A DNA stretch of 64,000 bases from assembly GCF_009914755.1 (NCBI RefSeq), contig NC_060928.1, one strand, 5' to 3'. Position numbers and translations under genes: made by a program. The notes below the pieces were generated by a model, which saw only the letters and a list, made by a program, of their open reading frames with translations, was not told the DNA's origin and ran no database searches. Positions 50,501 to 64,000 of this stretch are shown here, in pieces. Every line of letters begins with the position of its first letter. Position 1 is the stretch's first letter. Source of the DNA: the human T2T-CHM13v2.0 reference genome, Homo sapiens.

Positions 50501-51727
50501 AACTTAAGTCCGTGCCCTTCCGCTGCAGCAGTGGCGCCGCACATCCCCCACCCCTGCGGCCACTTCCGTGTTTACACTCCTCTTCCCTCCAATTCCATGC
50601 GTACATTGTCAGCTTCACTCCCGCCCAATCTTCATTGGCCCAGCGCGGGCCCGTAGTCCCGCCCCCAGAAATCAACGTTCTAATTTGGAACACCTCAGAG
50701 AGCAGATTGGAACCAGAGGCCTGTCAATCCCGTCCGTTCTGTCCTTTCCGAGGCGCTTCCGCTGTGGTGGGAGGTTTGGGGGGGGTAGAGGGGAAGGGGG
50801 CAATTCCGTGCTGAGACTTCCCTAGGGCCAAGACTCCCTCCCTCCCGCCTCGCTCCTTAACATTCACCCACTGTTTACAAAAATAAATGTTCTTCTCTGA
50901 CGCCGCAACCCTCCAGGTCAGGGGTACAAATATATTCCGTGTTCTTCCCATTCTCCCCCTAAAAAAACAACCCACGAGGGAAGGGGCATAAACCTAGTTT
51001 CTTCGCAGCCACCCGTTAAATGAGCAAAGGGAGGCGGGCCCCTGAAACATCATCCCGGTTACTCAACATTATTAAGTGACCCTGTCCAGGACCGTTACTC
51101 CTGAGACTGCATAAGGTGGGAATGTGCGGAGGAGGGAGGGTCAGAGCATTTTTTTTTGGCGGGTATCGGTCCACCGGACATCGCCCCTGGCTGCCTGGTC
51201 CATGCGGAAGTCATGGAATTGTGGACGAAGTCTGAAGGGAGAACCGAGCGGGGGTGGCGAGCGTTCGCCGGAGAAGCCCGCCGCCCCCGAACGCGGGCAG
51301 CAGCGGCCTCTCCGGCCAGACAGCGTGGCAGGCGCAGCCGAGAGACAACAGCCTCACTCACTTCCTGGTTCCTCAGCAACTGGGGTGAAGCGCACAACTC
51401 GTCCGCCCCCGAGTGCCCAACTTAACCGCGGCTCCGTTCTCCAGCACCCGCTGCCAGCGCTCAGCCCGGCAGCTGCTGCTGCTGCTCGCCGAACCCACCC
51501 TGAAGCGACAGCGCCGGATTCGAGGCAGGTTACTCTCCAAGGTGATCACTTCCTGATTCGTCGCCTCCATTACTTCATTCACTCCCCCCTTTCCCCCAGC
51601 CGCCCCAGTGACTGTGAGGTGGACACTGTACCCCCAGCACAGACTGCTACAGGGGAGTCACCCCGCCTTCTGTGCACCCCCTCTCCTGCTGCACCGATGC
51701 ACGGGAGAAAAGTTCCCCTGTCCTTAC

Positions 51728-51785
51728 CGGCCCGGATGAGCAGATCCAGCTGGTTCGTGGGTCCCTCATGCAGAGACGTCGCCAT
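51728..51785 (-). CDS. ELF2: ELF2 short-isoform (NERF-1/ELF2B type) first coding exon, 58 nt
   Basis: aacATGG Kozak context; encodes MATSLHEGPTNQLDLLIRA; donor CCG|gtaagg; the 7 exons sum to 1602 nt = 533 aa plus stop. Confidence 0.93.
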
Positions 51786-52033
51786 GTTTATCCCGGGGCT
51801 GGAGCTGCTGCTTCACATTGACTTACACCGTGAGCAGCGGCGGCAGGGGAGGAGGCGGAACCCGCGGCCGGAGACACACGCCGTGCGACCGACACACACT
51901 CACGCACTCGCACACACTCCGACGCCCGGATCCTTGCGCGTCCTCCGACAGGAAGCCGAGGCCGGCCCGCCTCCCGCCGCCGGGCTGAGAAACCCCACCA
52001 CCTAACGGCAGGGGCAGGGGCGGCAGGGGCAGG

Positions 52034-52063
52034 GGCGGCGGCGGCGGCGGCGGCGGCGGCGGC
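52034..52063 (+). repeat. (GGC)10 trinucleotide repeat, (GCC)10 on the ELF2 strand
   Basis: Counted directly: 10 uninterrupted units. Confidence 0.97.
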
Positions 52064-53389
52064 TGTGGCTGTGGCGGCCGCCGCAGCTGGCAACGCGATC
52101 CTTCCGCCCCGCGCCCAAACAGGAAGTCCCGGACGCTTGCTCCAGAGAGCGGCCGCAGCCTGCGGCGAGAGACACCTGAGGCTGGGAAACGGCTCCGGGA
52201 GCCGCGCGAGGACACAGCCCCTCGGCAGGAAGAGGCACATTTCACGCTCTGCGGAAGAAAAGTCTGCAATTGTCCCCCCTCTGGAAAAGAGCCATTAATC
52301 ATATTTTCTTCCTGGAAGCAATCTAATACCTAGTCCTGCAGCTGTAAATAAAGGTGGCTATTTAACTTCTTTTGGCTTTTTCAAACCTTATGCAACATGT
52401 AACCAGTTCACTTGAAACATCTGCACTTTTAAGACAGGAACACCAACAAAGTCATACCTAGAACATATTCTGAAAGCATTACTTGGAAAATAAGGAGTTT
52501 CCAACTACTTTCTGAGACCAACTTCGTCCTTTTCCCTTAACAGAAGTGTCAAAGAGCACATTAAACGGGTATTTAGTAAACAGAACACACCAACCTCTGG
52601 AGATGAGACTCCCCCAATATGCTAATCATGAAATTCATGTACCCTTTCATTTCTGTTTGGCTCACTTGGAAACAAATTTATATTGTCATTTACTTCAAAA
52701 AAAAGTAATTCTTGCTGAAAACTAACCTAATTACAAATACATATTAAAATACAATGGACAAGGGAGATAAATCGCCAATTTAATGACTATAAATTTACTG
52801 AACACAGGAAATCAAACCAATATAATGACGAATAACGCTTCATTAAAATGCTTCCCTGGTTTCAGAATTTAATAATACATAAATTGTTTGAAACAAAGGG
52901 TTATGCTAAAGTTGTCTGCACACAAAACTTACATAAAGGAACAGTGCCTCCTACAGAGTAAGTGCTCAATAAGTATTTGCTGAATAAACAAAAAGATCTG
53001 GCATTACAAATTTAAAATAACAAGGTGACAATTTTTATGATCCGAATTGACTGAACTGTGTAGAGAAAAAAATGTTTTCAGTGGTAATATTAATGCGATA
53101 TCATCTTATAAAAGCTTGCCCAACATGAGTGCAGCATCAGAATGGATTTACATAGCCCATGACTATTTTTTCTCATTTCTCCTAATATTCATTTATTCTC
53201 TTGGTCCTTTTACCCTACCCCTATCACCATGATCCTCACTCTCCCAAAAAAAGAACCTACATGCTATTTCCAAAGTACAACTCCTCTTTAAATAAGGATC
53301 TCTTTCTTGAATTAGGTAAACCTGCCATGTATGGGACATGGTAGCTTTTATATTTTATTGCCAATCAATTTAAAGTAAGCATCATCCTT

Positions 53390-56658
<3,269 letters not shown>

Positions 56659-57348
56659 AAGGACTTTCAATACTATTTCTATACTGATTCAAAAATCAGC
56701 ATATCAAGTCTTGATTTACTTTTTAAAAAATATATAGGTCCTAATTTCCAATTGTATAATAAACATCTCTACTTGAATAACCAACTGATACCTAAAGATC
56801 CTTTATCTACAGATTTCATTTATTTATCAATAACCATCATCTTACCAGGTTAGAAATCTTAGTCATCTATGTTCCTAGTTTAAGAACCCATCTCACACAT
56901 TTTTAGGGGGATTTAAACCACACAGGAATTGCTAAAAATAATGTAACATAGTCATATCCCCTTCTCAACCAGAACCTGCAACTACTCATTTATGCTGTAA
57001 AATTGTTTTCCCCCAAGAAATAACATATAACAGATGAAGATAGCATTTTTGAATACAACCCCCAGAGAAACTGCTATCATGAGTTTGGTGTATATTCTTC
57101 CATTCTACTTTTTATACTTTCACATGTGTATATATTTACATACGTATGTGTTTGTGTATGTATCCCTGAATGACATACAGTATTATTTTACATGCTCTAG
57201 GTACATAAATGTCATTAAACTATATATGCCATTCTAAAATGTATTTTTTAATCATTCAAGATTTACATTCTATCCATGTCAGTATACGTAAATATAGCTA
57301 TTCTTTTTAAATGCTACAAAGTATTCCAGTGTATGCATTTACCCCATT

Positions 57349-57410
57349 TTATTCATCACATTATCTAAGTTATTCATCACATTATCTAATAAAGTTATTC
57401 ATCACATTAG
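57349..57410. repeat. Short tandem triplication with core TTATTCATCACATTA
   Basis: Units start at 57349, 57370 and 57395. Confidence 0.9.
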
Positions 57411-58378
57411 CAAATAGTTTCCATTTCTCACTTTTAGAAATATTTCTGCAAAAAAAATTACATTTTCTTAAACATGTATGCTAGAGTCTTTCCACATCAT
57501 ATACCAACAAACAGTTTCTAGGTCATAAAGTATTTTGTCTTTTGCTTTTTGGTATGGGTCTCACTCTGTCACTGAGGCTAGAGAATAGTGGCATGACCAT
57601 AATTCACTGCAGCCTTGAACTTCTGGGCTCAAGAGACCCTCCACCTCAGCCTCTTAAGTTAGCTAGGACTACAGTCATATTCCATGCCTGGCTAATTTTT
57701 TAAAATAATTTTAGAGACAAGGGTCCAGCCATCTTGCCCAAGGTAGTCTTGAACTCCTGGTCTCAAGATATCCTCCCATTTGTCTCCTGAGTAGCTAAGA
57801 CTATAGGCACACACCACCACACCCAGCTTATCAGTACAATTTTAATTTGATGTAATTCTGTCCAAAGTGGCTATGCAAGTCCAGTGGTTTGGTAGAGTTA
57901 CGATTTTTCTCACATGCTTGTCAATTCAAGATATAAGCTGACTTTTTAAATTTCTGCCATGTGTTGAGTAACAAAAAATTTTTCATTGTTGTATTAATAT
58001 GCATGTATTTAAGTATTAAGGATAAATATTTTTTCAAATACTTACTGGCCATTAACATTTCCCCTGTGAATAGACTATTCATGTCCTTGGCCATTTTTCT
58101 ATAAAGGCATTTTTTGTCTTATTGATCTATAGAATGTTAATATATTCTAAATAACAATTCAGATTTATCTTGCAAGTATCTTCTGCCAGCCTGCTGTTTG
58201 CCTTTTTTATTCTTGAGACAGGGTCTGGCTCTGTCATCCATGCGGGAGTATAGTGGTATCATCTTGGCTCAATGCAACCTCCGCCTCCCAGGCTCAAACG
58301 ATTCTCGTGCCTCTGCCACCCGAGTAGCTGGGATTACAAGCACATGCCACCATACCCAGTTAATTTTTGTATTTTTAG

Positions 58379-58735
<357 letters not shown>

Positions 58736-59494
58736 TAGCCAGGATGGTCTCGATCTGACCTCGTGATCCGCCTGGCTCGGCCTCCCAAAATATTGGGATT
58801 AAAGGCGTGAGCCACCGCACCCGACCTTCTTATAGTATATGTTAAAGAACCCTTGGAATAAAAAGGAAATCATAAAGAAACTAAGAAATATCTAGAAACG
58901 AATTACAATAAAAAATGCAACATGTCAAACTGTGTGATTTAATTAAAACAGTACTTAGTAAAGAAATAAAAGGTTTAAAAATAAACAAGCTCAGCATTTG
59001 ATTCACAGATGGAAAAAGCAACATAGCAAACCTAAAGAAACTAGAAGGAATAAATAATAAAAAGCAAGAAAAATGAAATAGAAAATAGTAATTTTTTTTG
59101 AGACAGGGTCTCACTCTGTTGCCCAGGCTGAGTGCAGCGCTGCTATCACAACTCAGTGCAGCCTCAACCTCCTGGGCTCAAGTGAACCTCTCACTTCAGC
59201 CTCCCAAGTAGCTGGGACTCCAGGTGTGTACCATTGCACCCGGCTATTTTTTATTTTTTTGTAGAGGTGGGAGGATTACTTGCCCAGGATGGTCTCGAAT
59301 TGCTGGATACAACCGATCCTCCCATCTTGGCCTCCCACAGTGTTGGGACTACAGGCATGAGCCACTGTACCTAGCCAGAAAATAATACTTTTCAAAAATA
59401 CAGAAGATTCACAAAACCAGAAGATGACATTGAAAAGATTAATAAAATAAACACACTTTGGCAAAGGTTGTCAAGAAAATAGAATATACATATT

Positions 59495-59615
59495 ATTTAT
59501 ATATAGAGAATATATATACACACATATATATACACATATATATACACACATATATATACATATATACACTACATATATACATATATACACTATATATATA
59601 CATATATATATATAA
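59495..59615. repeat. Compound (TA)/(CA) microsatellite
   Basis: Direct reading. Confidence 0.9.
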
Positions 59616-59812
59616 ACATGGAACAAAAAGGGGGAAATAACCACAGATACAATTGATATTTAAAAATAATAAAATAGGCCGGGTGTGGTGGCTCACCCCT
59701 GTAATCCCAGCACTTTGGGAGGGCGAGGCGGTTGGATCACCCGAGGTCAGGAGTTCAAGACCAGCCTGGCAAACATGGTGAAACCTCGTCTCTACTAAAA
59801 ATACAAAAATTA

Positions 59813-60231
<419 letters not shown>

Positions 60232-60259
60232 CTAACAGGGTGAAACCACGTCTCTACTA

Positions 60260-60388
<129 letters not shown>

Positions 60389-60583
60389 CTACAGCCTGGG
60401 CGACAGAGAGACTCCGTCTCAAAAATAAATAAATAAATAAAAATAATAATAATTAAAAAATAGTATTATGAACAATTATATGCTACTAAAGCTGACATCT
60501 GAATGAAACATATAAACTACTAGAAGTATATAAAATTCCCAGTAGGCATACGCATACACATACAAAATTGAATAGAATAGTAA

Positions 60584-60712
<129 letters not shown>

Positions 60713-61553
60713 TGAGTAGCTGGGACTACAGGCGCCTGCCACCACGCCCGGCTAATTTTTTGTATTTTTAGTAGAGACGGGGTTTCACCGTGTTAGCCAG
60801 GATGGTTTCGATCTCCTGACCTCGTGATCCGCCCACCTCGGCCTCCCAAAGTGCTGGGATTACAGGCGTGAGCCACCGCGCCCGGCCAGTAAATACTGAA
60901 GAAATTAAAACATAATACAAAACCTTCCCTCCACAAAAAACAAACAAACAAACCAACAAAAACCCAGGCTTGAATATTTTTTATGCAAATTCTAGCAAAT
61001 TTCAAAATTAATTCTTAACTTATGCAAGCTGTTTGCAGAAGATAGAAGAGAAAAATCAGTGAAAGCTACCTGGATTATTTTATGAGTCTAGTGTAATCTT
61101 GATTCCAAAAGCAGATAAAGACAGGAAAGTAAAATTATGGTTCCACTTCACTTATGAATAGATTCCAAGACTCCTTAACTTAAAGCAACGCGAAGCAAAA
61201 TGATGAGTAACATTTATCCTCAAACGACAAGACTTCAACATCTGAAAATCCATCAACTGACCATATTAATAGAGTAAAAGAGAAAAATGACTTATCAAAT
61301 GCCAAAAAAGCACTTGATAGGACTCATAATTAACACAAAAGGAATAGAAGACAATTGCTTAACGTGGTATACATTATATACTAAAGCCTATAACAATTTC
61401 AAGTTGAAACTTCAGATACATTCCCTTCAAGATTAGGAACAAAACAGGGATGGCCATTAATATTACTACTCTTTTTAAAATATCACTTTCACATAATACT
61501 GGAGTTCTTGACTAACATCTTTTTTTTTTTTTTTTTTTTGAGACGGAGTTTAA

Positions 61554-61700
<147 letters not shown>

Positions 61701-62765
61701 TAGTAGAGACGGGGTTTCTCCATGTTGGTCAGGCTGGTCTCAACCTCCCAACCTCAGGTGATCCACCACCTCGGCCTCCCAAAGTGCTGGGATTACAGGC
61801 GTGAGCCACCACGCCCGGCAACTAACATCTTAAGAAACGAAAAAGAAATAAGATAACTGGAAAGACAAAAGGAGGGCTGAGTTGTCCTAGCTAAGGCCCT
61901 CCTAGACCAGTTAGTTCCCAGCTGATCCACAGATGACCATAGATACAGGACCAAAGCCATCACAGCAGAGCCACATAACCAGCCCATAAGTCTGAGGGAA
62001 ACAATAACTGGTTCTTGTTTCAAGTCAATAAATTTTGGAGTGGTTTGCAGCACGAGGATAAAAGTAGGAACTGAAGGTTATTTATTACTGAGTAAGTAGA
62101 AAGGTAACGTGGTGGATGTTTAAAAGGGGTACTCTGCAGCAGTTTGAGCAACAAATAAGATATATACAAAGCAACATGCAAGGATATTAGGAACAGTGCT
62201 TACTTTAAAAAAGTAGGAAACAGAGTAAGATACATAACACCATTTATATAAATTTTAATTATATACAACAGGACATACAACCTCAACAAACTAAGAAAAT
62301 ATACATTAATCAATTTAAATGTGATGCTTATTTCTGAGGGAGAAAGATAAGACTTGTGTAAAAAAGATTAAAGTAATGTCATTTTAAAAAATGAGTAAAA
62401 TGAGGAGATATGAAATAGGCATCTAATTTTAGATTTATTTATTTATCTTTATATATCTTAGAGTTATTTTTAGGTCCCTAGTAAAGGGTGTTTTGTTTTG
62501 TTTTTGTTTTTTTACTATTATCAATGGGATCTTTTTTGTTTCATTTTCTTATTGATTATTGCTCTTGCATACGGCAAACCTGATGAAACTTCTTAACAAT
62601 GTTAACAGTTTATCTGGATCATCTCTTAAATTTTATGTGTTAATTAAGTCATCTGTAAATAATAACAATTTTGTTTCTTCTCTTCTGATCTTTATGCCTT
62701 TTTTTCCCCGTCTCATTGCATTGGCTAGGACCTCCAATAATAATTCTAGTTAGTAAAGTTGATAG

Positions 62766-63110
<345 letters not shown>

Positions 63111-63353
63111 TAGATTTTTAATATATACTCTTTATCAGGTTCCAATCCAGATTAAGAGTATTTTATCCTCAGCAGATTTTAAATTTTAACAAATTTTTTT
63201 TAAATCTATACAGATGATTACATGAGTATTCTCCTTTAATCTAGTCACATGGCTACTACAATAATTAACTTTTTAATATATAGCCATCTTTGCCTTCCTA
63301 TTATGAATTTAGTCATTATGTATTTTTAAATCAATGATGGATTTCATTTACTA

Positions 63354-63816
<463 letters not shown>

Positions 63817-64000
63817 TCAAGGTTAAGGTTATACTAACTTCATAAAATGAGTTGGAAAGCTTTCCCTCTTTTACTATTCTTTTGTGATAGTTTATATATG
63901 ACAAGCATTATGTATCCTCTGAAATTTTAGTAATAAATCTGGGTCTGATGGACTTTTTTTTTAATACTTCCACGTTATAATGGACTTTATTTAAATGTGT

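Larger units (their letters stand above)
50440..52260. promoter_or_regulatory. CpG island / internal promoter of the ELF2 short isoform
   Basis: Sharp rise in GC and CpG around the first exon; GC boxes, CCAAT boxes and many GGAA(G) ETS cores. Confidence 0.92.

Noticed and set aside
51124-52005. 293-aa + strand ORF antisense to ELF2 exon 1
   Set aside because: GTG start, R/P/A-rich, no recognisable domain; expected from stop-codon depletion in a CpG island.
57349-57410. Repeat-spacer-like pattern suggesting a CRISPR-type array
   Set aside because: Three near-contiguous copies with no unique spacers, inside an old L1 fragment; slippage duplication.

Overview
Primate (very likely human) genomic DNA, Alu-dense, with two convergent protein-coding genes. 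On the + strand are exons 2-3 and the 3'UTR of NOCT/CCRN4L (nocturnin, EEP-family NADP(H) 2'-phosphatase); exon 1 lies upstream of the window. On the - strand is the complete short isoform of the ETS factor ELF2/NERF: 7 coding exons, 1602 nt, 533 aa by my exon sum, driven from a CpG island at ~50.4-52.3 kb. The long ELF2 isoform's 5' exons lie beyond the window end. The rest is roughly 65 Alu/FLAM copies, L1/L2/MIR/MaLR/DNA-transposon fragments, a U6 snRNA pseudogene and microsatellites. Nearly all other ORFs in the track are Alu-derived or chance ORFs. I see no unambiguous new biological system. The best leads cluster at the ELF2 internal promoter: a poly-Ala uORF through a (GCC)10 repeat stopping 2 nt before the ELF2 ATG, an in-frame 138-nt cassette-exon candidate, and an ETS-site cluster. 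Other leads are a (CATAA)n repeat in an Alu tail and stop-free symmetric exons bracketed by inverted Alus. Repeat subfamily calls and boundaries are by eye and approximate.
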